Positions 46,997-56,156 of a DNA stretch of 64,000 nucleotides are shown here, in pieces. Both the position numbers and the translations under genes were made by a program. Numbering within the stretch: the first letter of the stretch is position 1; each line of letters starts with the position of its first letter. This DNA comes from a virus. Where the stretch lies: positions 1 through 64,000 of the IMG/VR virus record IMGVR_UViG_3300046514_000687; one strand, 5' to 3'. Under the pieces are notes generated by a model, which was not told the origin of the DNA, searched no databases, and saw only the letters and a program-made list of their open reading frames with translations.

Positions 46997-47503
46997 GTGA
47001 GCATCCACATCGGTGACGCGAACCCCTACTACGCCTTCCTGGCTCTGCTACGCGGCCAGGACGAGATGCAGCAGGCACTCGCGCGCATCGAGCGCAACCA
47101 GGCCACGCTGGGAGCCGCGGTGGCGCGCATCGAGCTGAAGGAGGGGACGATCATGGCGCTGACCCAGGCGGAGCAGGACGCCATCGCCGCGCTCACGGCG
47201 AAGATCACGGAGATCGGCGGTGACGTGGACGCAGTCGTCGAGGCAGTCAAGGGCAACCTGGTCAACCTCCAGAGCCAGGTGGCGGCACTCACGGAGCTAC
47301 GCGACCAGCTTCAGGCCAACGATGCGGCCGACGCGGCGCAGATCGCCTCGCTGAGCACGACGATCACGGCGCTCAACGAGGCCGCGGCATCGTCGGAGTC
47401 TGAGGTGCTCGCCGCGCTGCACGGCCTGGGCGGCCACCTCGACGACCTGGACACCCACGTCGAGGGCCTGGCGCCCGCGCCCCCGCCGCCGCCGGCGCCA
47501 TGA
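46997..47503 (+). CDS. Coiled-coil protein
   Basis: Heptad-rich; a possible internal start at 47153 follows GAGGGG. Confidence 0.5.
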   Translation: MSIHIGDANPYYAFLALLRGQDEMQQALARIERNQATLGAAVARIELKEGTIMALTQAEQDAIAALTAKITEIGGDVDAVVEAVKGNLVNLQSQVAALTELRDQLQANDAADAAQIASLSTTITALNEAAASSESEVLAALHGLGGHLDDLDTHVEGLAPAPPPPPAP

Positions 47504-47925
47504 AGAACCCCCTGGCGCAGCTTCTCGGCCTGGCTCCGCGGCCCCTGAAGCGCCTGGACCGGCCGGAGTGGACCTGGCGGCAGAGCGGTAAGCATCGCGG
47601 GACCGGCGACGGCTGGGCGGCGACGGTTAAGCTCGACCGGTGCCTGACGCTGAACGGCGGCGCGCCCGGGGAAGGCATGGTGATCGAGACCTGGCGGCTG
47701 CCGGTCGTATCTTTCGAGGCCCGGCCGCCCGAGGGCCGGATCGCGAACCCGCTCGCGGAGCTGGTGCCGTCGGTCGGCCTCCCGACGCCCAACCTGTTCC
47801 GGCCGGTGGGACGCACGGCGTCGGGCGACCCGGTATACCTGGATAGCCGCGGTCGGCGGCGCGTTTACCCGGCCGCGCCGCAGAGCCGGGCTAACCCCGC
47901 ACTTTCGAATCCGATCCACCGCTAG
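47500..47925 (+). CDS. Hypothetical protein
   Basis: ATGA overlap. Confidence 0.4.
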   Translation: MKNPLAQLLGLAPRPLKRLDRPEWTWRQSGKHRGTGDGWAATVKLDRCLTLNGGAPGEGMVIETWRLPVVSFEARPPEGRIANPLAELVPSVGLPTPNLFRPVGRTASGDPVYLDSRGRRRVYPAAPQSRANPALSNPIHR

Positions 47926-47988
47926 GAGCTGGACGGGGCCGCGAGTTCGGGCAGGCTCGCGGCGCCCGTCGAGCCAGGGGAGGACACC

Positions 47989-49122
47989 GTGGCAGACCTG
48001 GACGAGGCGCGCGGGCGGTTCGAGGCGATCCAGGCCGAGTGCGACCGCGACGACCTGCGCCACACCGTCATCACGCAGCCCAGCGACAGCATGACAAAGG
48101 CCCAGCTCACCCAGCTCTGCCAGGACAACAACGCCTTTGCGGCCGACATCCAGGCCGCGCTGGGGATCGTCTGGGAGCACGCCGCGGCGGGGCTAGGCGC
48201 GCTGGCCGGCGACCAGCCGGGCCCGCCGCCCGAGCCGCCGCCCGCCGAGCAGTGGAATGGGCCGGCAGCGGGCTTCTACGGTAGCCAGCACTACGGCTCC
48301 GGCGCCCGCGCCTGGGGCAACCTGACGATCCCCCACGGCATCCCCCGCGGCGCGCTGTTCCAGGTCCACGGCGGGGGCTGGATGATGGGCGATCCCTACC
48401 AGGCCGGCCCGCTCGTGGACGCCGTGGTAGTCGATGACTATGTGCCGCTGCTGGAGGGCCAGTACGGCCTGTCCGAGGGGCACCGCTACGGCCTCCAGGT
48501 GATGGCCTCCTACGCGGCGCAGCGCTGGGGCGTGATCGTCTGGGAGCCGGCCTACAGCTACTCCAGCGGCGATCCGGACGTCTGCCTGCGCGACGTGACG
48601 GCGGCGGTCACCTGGCTGCGTCAGCAGCTCGCCGCGTGGGGCGTGCCGAGCTTGCCGATCGTCTACGCCGGCCACAGCGCCGGGGGGCAGCTTAGCCTGC
48701 GCGCCGCGCTGGACCCCGCCCTGCCGGCGCCCGCCGCCTGGCTCGGCATGGCTGCCGCGGGCCTAACCGTCCACCGCACTGCCGACGTGCAAGACGCGCC
48801 TGGCGGTTTCGGCCAGGGCGGCACGGGCTGGATCTTCCAAACGGCGTGGGGCAACCCGGCCAACTGGCCGAGCTACGCGCCGGACACCCACCTGCACGAC
48901 CGCGGTGAGCGCTTTCCCCTGTACGTCGAGCAGGGCAATCAGAACGGCCGGGATGATGGGTCCGTGCTGGTCCGCTGGGCCGCCAACTTCACCCCGCTAG
49001 CAGTAGGAGCTGGGTGGCCCACTCAATACCACGAGCAAAGTGGCGCTAATCACTTTGCGATCCGGTTTGACCAGTCTCCAACTACCAGAGCGGATATGGA
49101 CAAGATCTGGTCTGAGGTCTAG
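47989..49122 (+). CDS. Alpha/beta hydrolase (HSL-like esterase/lipase)
   Basis: VHGGGW, GHSAGG, G..D..V and a C-terminal GANH. Confidence 0.85.
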   Translation: MADLDEARGRFEAIQAECDRDDLRHTVITQPSDSMTKAQLTQLCQDNNAFAADIQAALGIVWEHAAAGLGALAGDQPGPPPEPPPAEQWNGPAAGFYGSQHYGSGARAWGNLTIPHGIPRGALFQVHGGGWMMGDPYQAGPLVDAVVVDDYVPLLEGQYGLSEGHRYGLQVMASYAAQRWGVIVWEPAYSYSSGDPDVCLRDVTAAVTWLRQQLAAWGVPSLPIVYAGHSAGGQLSLRAALDPALPAPAAWLGMAAAGLTVHRTADVQDAPGGFGQGGTGWIFQTAWGNPANWPSYAPDTHLHDRGERFPLYVEQGNQNGRDDGSVLVRWAANFTPLAVGAGWPTQYHEQSGANHFAIRFDQSPTTRADMDKIWSEV

Positions 49123-49130
49123 GCGGCACC

Positions 49131-49487
49131 GTGTTCGTAGCCGCTGTCATCGTGGAGAGATTCTCCAATACGCATCACTGCCACCTGGAGACCGTGCCCC
49201 CGCGGCGTGGCGAGTGGGGCTGCTTCCTGGACCTGAAGTACGAAGTAGAGCGCCACTACGGCACTCAGGTCAGCTTCTACTACCGGGATATCGGCAGTGC
49301 GAAGGCCGTGCCGGTGGGCTGGGTCTTCCAGTGCAACGACGGCGAGGCGGTCATTGAAACCTGGGTCAGCGTCGTCGACGCGGCTACGCTGAAGTACATC
49401 GACATCCGCCACCTGGCGGCGCTGATCCCGGCCGATCCGCCGCATCCGAGCATCCTGCACCCCGCGAGCAGCGGCACGTGGGACTGA
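49131..49487 (+). CDS. Hypothetical protein
   Basis: Plausible composition; fits the operon. Confidence 0.45.
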   Translation: MFVAAVIVERFSNTHHCHLETVPPRRGEWGCFLDLKYEVERHYGTQVSFYYRDIGSAKAVPVGWVFQCNDGEAVIETWVSVVDAATLKYIDIRHLAALIPADPPHPSILHPASSGTWD

Positions 49488-49494
49488 CCGCGCC

Positions 49495-49827
49495 ATGGGC
49501 GCCGCGTGCCCCCGCTGCGGTGGCTCGCTGCTGTTCGAGCGCGACGACGCCACGCGCGGCCAGGTGGCGGCCTGCCTGATGTGCGGGGAGCGGCTGTGGC
49601 TGAGCGGGATGCCGACCGATTACGCGCCGCCGATCCGCAGCGGACCGCGCCCGCGGCCGGAGCAGGTACGGGGCCAGATCGACGGGCGGCGGCTGCTGTT
49701 CGAGCCGGCGCAGGTGGCCGCCATCCAGGCGGCGCTCGACGCGGGCGTGCCGGTGCAGCGCGTGGCGCGGCGGTTCGGCTGCGCCTACGAGACGATCCGG
49801 CGGATCAAGCGGGGCGAGTACCGCTAG
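49495..49827 (+). CDS. Zn-ribbon plus C-terminal HTH protein
   Basis: CPRCGG...CLMCG; VARRFGC..ETIRRIK.G. Confidence 0.7.
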   Translation: MGAACPRCGGSLLFERDDATRGQVAACLMCGERLWLSGMPTDYAPPIRSGPRPRPEQVRGQIDGRRLLFEPAQVAAIQAALDAGVPVQRVARRFGCAYETIRRIKRGEYR

Positions 49828-49839
49828 GAGGAGGGGCTC

Positions 49840-50232
49840 GTGGAGTGGCTGATCAGCATCTTCAGCACCGGCTGGGTGAAGGCGGTGGTCGTCCTGATGT
49901 TCGCCAACGTCGCCACGGGCATCGCCGTCGCCCTGTACACGGGCGTATTCGACCTGGGCGACCTGGCGAGCTGGCTGCGCAGCCGGGCCGTGCCGTACCT
50001 GCTGGGCGGCGCGGCGGCGAAGCTGGCCGTCCAGATCGGCGGCGCGGACCTCGGGATCACGCCGGACATGGCCGACGCGGTGTGGGCCTTCGTGATCCTA
50101 GCCCTGGTGGGCCACATCATCCAGAACCTCCGTGAGCTGGGCCTGCCGCTGTCGCAGCAGTTCGGCGCGCCGCGGTCCGACTCGCTGAGCCCGCCCAGCC
50201 CGCCGCTCGTCGAGCCACCCCCGCGGCCCTAG
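49840..50232 (+). CDS. Holin-like membrane protein
   Basis: Three hydrophobic segments; TGIAVA....F; I.QNL.ELG.P; AGGAGGAGG RBS. Confidence 0.6.
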   Translation: MEWLISIFSTGWVKAVVVLMFANVATGIAVALYTGVFDLGDLASWLRSRAVPYLLGGAAAKLAVQIGGADLGITPDMADAVWAFVILALVGHIIQNLRELGLPLSQQFGAPRSDSLSPPSPPLVEPPPRP

Positions 50233-50321
50233 TGGTACACTGGGCTCGCCGCTGATCACGGCACGGCAGGCGGCCCGACCCGTCTGCTGCGACGTCTGGG
50301 CCACTACGTCAGCCGTCGCCG

Positions 50322-50359
50322 CCGATGCCTCGTGAGCGCACACACTCGCGAGGCATCGG
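50322..50359. terminator. Long hairpin between convergent operons
   Basis: CCGATGCCTCGTGAG-N8-CTCGCGAGGCATCGG. Confidence 0.6.
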
Positions 50360-50364
50360 TGTGT

Positions 50365-50736
50365 CTAGTCGTCGGGCAGCATCAGCGCCCGGCGGAAGAT
50401 GCCGACGATCTGGGCGTGCTTGGCCGCGGCCTCCTCCCAGGTGTCCCAGCTCCAGCTCATCTCCGATCCCTTGTCCTCCGGGCCATCCTGCATCTGCAGC
50501 AGCGTCTCGAAGAGGGCGACCGGCTGCCCGGTGAGCAGGCTCTGCGCGCTCTGGCCGAGGAAGACCGTGCTGACGCTGGCGGAGCGCTCGGTGGCCGGGT
50601 CTTTCCAGCGCCAGAGGCCGACGCGCCGCGCCGCGATGTCCTCCACCAGCACTCCCCAGGCGAGCGCGTCCGGCGCCGGCACGGGCGTCTGTCCGTCTAA
50701 GACCCAGAGGCCACGGCTGAGCTGCGGGTCGCTCAC
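50365..50736 (-). CDS. Hypothetical phage protein
   Basis: VSTVFLG...FET...TWEEA..H; overlaps the stop of the endonuclease gene. Confidence 0.6.
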   Translation of the reverse strand: MSDPQLSRGLWVLDGQTPVPAPDALAWGVLVEDIAARRVGLWRWKDPATERSASVSTVFLGQSAQSLLTGQPVALFETLLQMQDGPEDKGSEMSWSWDTWEEAAAKHAQIVGIFRRALMLPDD

Positions 50737-51386
50737 CAGTGCACGTACTCCCGCGCGGCCAGGAGGTCGGCCGCGAGTCGCCTAATATCCCCACCGCGCT
50801 CGCCCTGCAACAGTGCCTGGCCCCCACGGCGCCAATAAACAGCCAGCATTACAATCTGGCGCCAGATTGCATAGTCGTGCGCCTTCTTAGTCCGTAACGG
50901 ATAGGCGTCAAAGTGCGGGATAATGGCGCTGTACAGCACGTCCCGATGGCCGACCTTCCATGTCAGGGTCGGATGTTCGCTAGGAGACACCCGCTTCCCG
51001 GCGTAGAGAGCGCCAATGCCGGTAGTCTCCCGGACTTCCTCAAGAACTGCGCGGTCGTCATCTCGCAACTTGATCTCGAAACAAAGGGTCAGGTGGCCTC
51101 TCAGTACCGAGGCCCGAAAGTGTCCCTCGCCATCGGTCAACCCAGTAAGCCAGGCGCCAAACAAGGGGTCGTAGGCTGGGATCTGCAGTGGCGGCGGCTG
51201 AAACTCTGACCTCACCTGATCCGCTCGTTCTCGTAAAAGCGCCTTCTCACGACGGTAGTAGTAGGTCTTGCGGCTTGCCTTGCGGCAGGTGCGGCAAGCG
51301 CGGAATCCATCGGGCGTCCAGTATAGGTTGCTACCGGAGTACGGATGCCCGGCTGGGCAATGGGTATGCTGCACGGCTCCTACCAC
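50733..51386 (-). CDS. Free-standing LAGLIDADG homing endonuclease with an N-terminal Cys/His zinc-finger
   Basis: WLTGLTDGEGHF, F.I.LR.DD..VL, IIPHFD.YPL.TKK..DY..W; N-terminal THCP.GHPY...N....DG.R.CR.C. Confidence 0.88.
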   Translation of the reverse strand: MVGAVQHTHCPAGHPYSGSNLYWTPDGFRACRTCRKASRKTYYYRREKALLRERADQVRSEFQPPPLQIPAYDPLFGAWLTGLTDGEGHFRASVLRGHLTLCFEIKLRDDDRAVLEEVRETTGIGALYAGKRVSPSEHPTLTWKVGHRDVLYSAIIPHFDAYPLRTKKAHDYAIWRQIVMLAVYWRRGGQALLQGERGGDIRRLAADLLAAREYVHW

Positions 51387-51665
51387 TGGATGTACTCCAG
51401 GGTGGGGTCGCCACCTGGGCGGCGCCTACCGGTAGCGATGTCTCGATACCATCCGGTAGGCTCTCCCTCTCCACTCCAAAGCTGGAAGGCGACTACAGCC
51501 GCCCACAGGTCCGGGTATCAGTAGGTGGCGTCGTAGGTGATCGCCCGCCGGTCGGCGCTGACCGTCAGCCGCGGCAGCGTGTAGCCGAGGTTCAGGTCGA
51601 GCACGCGGCCGTCCGGAAACTCGCGGCTCAGCCAGCCGCGGTCGGGGGTGCAGGGCGCATAGAGT

Positions 51666-51896
51666 TCATCCACGGTTTCTCCGATCCACGACCGCCTGCG
51701 CGATCGCCTCCCGCGTCGCCTCGCAGACCGGCGCGACAGGCAGCTCGCGCGCGACGGCTAGCGCAATCACGGCACACTTCAGGCAGAAGCGGCCCAGCTC
51801 GCCGCCCTGCCCGGCCACGACGGCCAGGACCGCGCTGCGCCGGCAGCGGCCCGCGTCGCAGCGGCGCACCAGGGGTGCGAGGTACGGTTCGGGCAT
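51666..51896 (-). CDS. Small Cys-rich hypothetical protein
   Basis: GGAGG RBS; C....C and C..C. Confidence 0.45.
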   Translation of the reverse strand: MPEPYLAPLVRRCDAGRCRRSAVLAVVAGQGGELGRFCLKCAVIALAVARELPVAPVCEATREAIAQAVVDRRNRG

Positions 51897-51904
51897 GATG
51901 CCTC

Positions 51905-52060
51905 CTACGCACAGCGCGAGCAGATGCGAGCGTTGCCGGGCGCTCGCCACAGCGGACACTGTCGCGCCTCGAACACGGCATAGGAGCAGCGCCAGGCCGC
52001 CCCGCAGACCGGGCAGCGGTGAGTATGCGCCGCGACGTCACGCTTGCTGCGGTGGCCCAT
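51905..52060 (-). CDS. Small Zn-finger-like protein
   Basis: GAGGAGG RBS; H.H.CP.CG..W.C. Confidence 0.45.
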   Translation of the reverse strand: MGHRSKRDVAAHTHRCPVCGAAWRCSYAVFEARQCPLWRAPGNARICSRCA

Positions 52061-52478
52061 CGGTGACCTCCTCCTCCGCCGGCGGGGTCCGCCAGTCCGG
52101 CACGGCGAGCCCGTAGGACTCGGCGAGGTAGCGCACCGCCAGAGCCTGCACGTCAGCGGTGCGGAGCCCCAGGTCGGCGGCAAGCTGCTGCTGCGTGCCC
52201 AGCTCCTCGTCGTCGGCGGCCCAGGTGCGAAAGGCCAGGTCGCGCGTCGGCCAGCGCACCATGTAGCGCTGGATCGCCGTCACGTCCGTCTCAGGAATCG
52301 CGCGCTGCGCCAGCGCCGCGAGCGCCTGCCGGATCACGAGGCTGCGGGACCACTGCGCGTCGAGAGCCAGGTGGGCCAGGGGCGCGGTCAGGCGCTCGAT
52401 GAGCGGCTCTACAAGCGCCATCATCTCGGAGTCGATCCACCACCGCGCCTTGACGCGGTGGGCTAGTTCGGTTTCCAT
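52038..52478 (-). CDS. Putative DNA-binding regulator (ribbon-helix-helix-like)
   Basis: First gene of the leftward operon; beta-strand-like N-terminus, then SRS.VIRQAL; GAGGAGG RBS and its own TATAAT. Confidence 0.5.
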   Translation of the reverse strand: METELAHRVKARWWIDSEMMALVEPLIERLTAPLAHLALDAQWSRSLVIRQALAALAQRAIPETDVTAIQRYMVRWPTRDLAFRTWAADDEELGTQQQLAADLGLRTADVQALAVRYLAESYGLAVPDWRTPPAEEEVTDGPPQQA

Positions 52479-52515
52479 GCGTGCCTCCTCGCGGGTTGGC
52501 TAAACCCGCTACCTC

Positions 52516-52552
52516 ATTATAAACTATCTCGTTACCCCGCGAGGGTACCTAC
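52516..52552 (-). promoter_or_regulatory. Leftward promoter with an inverted copy of the operator-like element
   Basis: Minus strand: GTAGGTACC-N7-GGTAAC (52552-52531), then TATAAT (52521-52516). Confidence 0.7.
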
Positions 52553-52571
52553 TGGCCATATCACGCGGGAT

Positions 52572-52613
52572 GGGTTATAATCTAGCGTAGGTACCCACAT
52601 GGGGTACCGCAGC
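52572..52613 (+). promoter_or_regulatory. 42-bp promoter/operator repeat, copy 1
   Basis: GGGTTATAATCTAGCGTAGGTACC-CACATGG-GGTACCGCAGC, then AGGAGG and ATG. Confidence 0.88.
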
Positions 52614-52630
52614 CGCAGGAGGAACGCCAG

Positions 52631-53953
52631 ATGAACCGCCCAACCCACCGGTGCGCCAGGTGCGGCACCGCGACTAACCACCCGACGTGGGTCGCCCACC
52701 GCCCCTACTGCGCTGCCCACTACCGCCTGGTCGCCGTCCCCTACTGCAACGGGTCCACTCCGTGCAGCCCGCAGTGCCCCACGCCGCGCAGGGAGGCCTA
52801 ACCGTGGCAAGCAAGGCTCAGCACCGCCGCTGGCACCGCATGTGGGTCGAGGATGCCCGACAGCGCGAGGACGACGCTTTCGTGATCGTCGCCACGGGCC
52901 TGCGCGGGGAGGCCTACACCCCCGACTGGATGAGCGGGACCACCTTCGAGGACTACGAGGCCGTCTACGCCCTGCTGGCCAGCCCCTACGGGTACGAGGA
53001 CCGCAGCGAGTACAGCCGCATCGACGTTTACACGGGTTCTCGCGCCCGCGAGTACGAGATCACCACCTGGGTCGATCCCGTCTGGTCGTGGGTGCGCCCC
53101 GAGGAGGTGAGCTAGATGGCCGCCAAGACTCCCGCCCGCGGGTACGTCACCGCCGCGCTGGCCCTCCGGGGCCTGCACCCCAACCGGCTGAGCCGGTCGG
53201 CCAAGACCGGCCGCTGGACCGCCCGCTGGAGCTACTACTACCGCCACGGGCGGGACTCCGAGAGCTTCGCCGAGCGGGTCGGCGAGGTCTTGGGCGCCAA
53301 CGTGGTTGACCACGGGGACCGCTGGGCCCCCTGGCCCCGCGACAGCTACTGGTGGGTCGAGTTCGAGTTCACGACGGTGGAGGACTAGATGGACCGCGAC
53401 TACGGGAGCCTGCAAAACCTGCTCGCGGGGAACGCCCGCAGCGCCGAGCCGGTCGTCGGGGAGGGGGCGACCATCATCTGGTGGAGCGACCGCTTCCCCG
53501 CCACGGTCGAGCGCGTCAGCCCGAGCGGCAAGACCGCCTGGCTGCGCGAGGACCGCAGCATCCGCCTGGACAGCCACGGGATGAGCGACAGCCAGTCCTA
53601 CCGCTTCGAGCCCGACCCCGCGGGCCGCGAGTCGGTTGCCAAGCGGAAGCGGGACGGGCGCTGGAAGACCACGGGCGGGCAGGTCGTCCAGTTCGGCAGC
53701 CGCAGCCGCTTCCTCGACTACAGCTTCTGAGTTCGACTCGATTCGATTCTATTCGCGCCGGAGGATAACGATGATCTACACCCAGGACGAGCTGGAGGAC
53801 GCCGTGGCCGAGCTGGCCGACGAGGACCCGTCGAGCTGGCCGGTCGCCTGCCGCGGGCGGTGCGCGCGGGCCGGCGGGTGCGACTGCGAGGTCGAGACCG
53901 ACGGCGAGTGCTCCCACTCCTGCCCCAGCATCCTGCTCGCCAGCGGTTTCTAG
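52631..53953 (+). other. Early gene cluster 1: small hypothetical CDSs 52631-52801, 52804-53115, 53116-53388, 53389-53730, 53771-53953
   Basis: Each has a GGAGG-type RBS and abutting stop/start; the first and last are Cys-rich. Confidence 0.7.
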
Positions 53954-53978
53954 CGGAGTGGTCAGGACCGCACGGCAT

Positions 53979-54020
53979 GGGTTATAATCTAGTGTAGGTA
54001 CCTCACAGGGGTACCGCAGC
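53979..54020 (+). promoter_or_regulatory. 42-bp promoter/operator repeat, copy 2
   Basis: GGGTTATAATCTAGTGTAGGTACC-TCACAGG-GGTACCGCAGC, then AAGGAGG and ATG. Confidence 0.88.
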
Positions 54021-54034
54021 ACAAGGAGGAACCG

Positions 54035-54421
54035 ATGTCTCAGCAACTCCGATGCACCGCCGCCGTCACCCTGAAGATGCGCGGCTGGCGCCCCTGGGTC
54101 CTTCCCTGCGGCCGGCCGGTCCCCGCGGGCAATCGCTGCCCCGAGCACGCCGCACAGCAGCGGCTCACCGTCAAGCGCGCGCGGCGCGGCTAGGAGGAGC
54201 CGATGCGCCAGGAAACTCGCTGCCAGTGCGGGTGGGTCGGCTACCCTCGCCACCTCGACGCGCACATCCGCGTCGAGCACCACGTCGGCGACCCGCCCCC
54301 TAAGCGGCCCGGCTTTCGCGCTGCGCTCGACCACTGCAAGCGCAGCGCGGGCCACGGGCTCACCTTCAGGACCTGCGACGCGCCGGAGTGCGTCGCTTAC
54401 TGGGATGCCGCTGGCCGCTAG
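54035..54421 (+). other. Two small Cys-rich CDSs (54035-54193, 54203-54421)
   Basis: AGGAG RBSs; C...C and C.H motifs. Confidence 0.6.
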
Positions 54422-54444
54422 GCCACCTACGCGCGTGAGAGGAG

Positions 54445-55221
54445 ATGGACATGGCTGAAGAACGAGGGTGCGGCGAGCGGATCGCTGGCGGGGTGTACCT
54501 GGAGACCCGCCTGTCGCCCACGGGTCACCCACTAGAGTGTTTCTTCATGGACCCGCCGGGGCCGGTGAACACCGGCGGGCTGGGCATCACGCCCCGCGGC
54601 GTGAGCCTGATCACCGGGGAGGGCGGCGTCACCCACGTCTGGGACCTCGTCGGCGGCGACAGCTACCCCAACGTCGCGGACATCATCGAGGAGGGCCGGC
54701 GCCTGGGGTTCAGCCGCCGCATCGCCAGCACGGCCGACTTCAGCCGCCTCACGCGGTCGTCGCGGCTGATCCTGCTCCACCCCCGCGCGATCATCTTCAC
54801 CGATCACCAGCGGTACCTCGACGCGGAGCAGACCATCGACGGCCTGCTGCGCTCCTGCTGCCCGCAGGTCGTCGCGGGAGAGCACTGCGGGCGCCGCCTC
54901 GGCCCCGCCCACCCCACCGCGCCCGACCGCCTCTGCGGGCGGTACTGGTACCACGACATCACCGGCGGGGTGGAGCCTGACGCGGCCGACAGCGAGAGCG
55001 GCCGGGCCGTCGAGGGCGAGGTCCAGCGGACGGTCGGTAGGACTCGCTACTTCGCCTACCCCCGCCCGGAGGGGTGCGTGCCCGAGTACCGGGTGGGGAT
55101 CATCGGCGCCTTCCCAATCAGCGGCCTGGCCGTCGTTGCCGATCCCCTGGAGGGAAAGCACGAGGAGGGCTACGCCGCCGCGAAGCACAGCAGCCTGCCC
55201 GTCACCATCGAGCGCGACTAG
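54445..55221 (+). CDS. Hypothetical protein (ERGCG.R..GGVY N-terminus)
   Basis: GAGGAG RBS; globular composition. Confidence 0.65.
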   Translation: MDMAEERGCGERIAGGVYLETRLSPTGHPLECFFMDPPGPVNTGGLGITPRGVSLITGEGGVTHVWDLVGGDSYPNVADIIEEGRRLGFSRRIASTADFSRLTRSSRLILLHPRAIIFTDHQRYLDAEQTIDGLLRSCCPQVVAGEHCGRRLGPAHPTAPDRLCGRYWYHDITGGVEPDAADSESGRAVEGEVQRTVGRTRYFAYPRPEGCVPEYRVGIIGAFPISGLAVVADPLEGKHEEGYAAAKHSSLPVTIERD

Positions 55222-55249
55222 GCGCACCACCCGCGCAAGGAGGAGAACC

Positions 55250-56065
55250 GTGGACGAGGACACCGAGAACACCCAGCCCGCGCTCCTGCCGGCCGAGCGG
55301 CCGGAGGGCCGCCCCGCCACCGTGCCCTGCCACCAGATCGCCTTCAGCAGCCCGCTGGAGCCCAGCCCCAGCCTCCGCCGGTCGGTAGCGGCGGTGGGGA
55401 TCCTCCAGCCGCTGCTGATCCGCCGGAACCCCAACGGAGACAGCCTCTGCCCCTGGGTGGTCACCGACGGCAACCGACGCCTGCGCGCCGCGCTACTGGC
55501 CGACCTGACCAGCGTGCCGACGCTGATCATCGAGGGCGACGCCAACTGGGGCGCGGTCGCCCAGCTCAGCACGAACGCCACTCGCTCGCAGAACCTGGCG
55601 GCCGACCTCAAGAGCGTGGAGCAGCTCGCTACGGCGGGCTACACGGCGAAGGAGATCGGCCAGGCCGTCGGGCTCACCCGCGTTCAGGTAGAGCGCCTGC
55701 TGGGTATGCAGCGGTTGGACCCGGTACTGCGGCAAGGGCTCGACGACGGGAAGCTGACGCTGGGCACGGCGACCGAAGCGGCGAAGCTGCCGGTGGTCAG
55801 CCAGGAGGCGCTGGCCGAGAAGTTCACCAACGAGGGCAAGCTGACGGGCGGGGACATCGCGGAGCAGAAGACCGCCCGCGCCGCGCAGGCGCTCGCGATG
55901 ACCGACGTGGACGAGTTCCTGGTGGACGCGCCGACGCTGCCCGAGCACGAGGAGCGAGCGCGGTTCGTCAGCCTCGCTCGCCAGGCCCACGACTACGCGG
56001 TGCAGGACAACCGCGCCGCCGCCATCGCCACCCTGGAGACCCTGATTAGCGCCCTGGAGAGTTAG
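55250..56065 (+). CDS. ParB/Srx-like domain protein with HTH
   Basis: SV..VGILQPL.IR, V.DGNRRLRAA, N..R.., then EIGQAVG.T...V; GTG start after AGGAGG. Confidence 0.82.
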   Translation: MDEDTENTQPALLPAERPEGRPATVPCHQIAFSSPLEPSPSLRRSVAAVGILQPLLIRRNPNGDSLCPWVVTDGNRRLRAALLADLTSVPTLIIEGDANWGAVAQLSTNATRSQNLAADLKSVEQLATAGYTAKEIGQAVGLTRVQVERLLGMQRLDPVLRQGLDDGKLTLGTATEAAKLPVVSQEALAEKFTNEGKLTGGDIAEQKTARAAQALAMTDVDEFLVDAPTLPEHEERARFVSLARQAHDYAVQDNRAAAIATLETLISALES

Positions 56066-56105
56066 CGGAAGACCCACCGGGCCGAGTGGCCCTCACTGGC
56101 CCGGT

Positions 56106-56147
56106 GGGTTATAATCAAGTGTAGGTACCCCCGCAAGGTACCGCAGC
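56106..56147 (+). promoter_or_regulatory. 42-bp promoter/operator repeat, copy 3
   Basis: GGGTTATAATCAAGTGTAGGTACC-CCCGCAA-GGTACCGCAGC; preceded by a hairpin at 56073-56108. Confidence 0.88.
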
Positions 56148-56156
56148 ACAAAGCGC

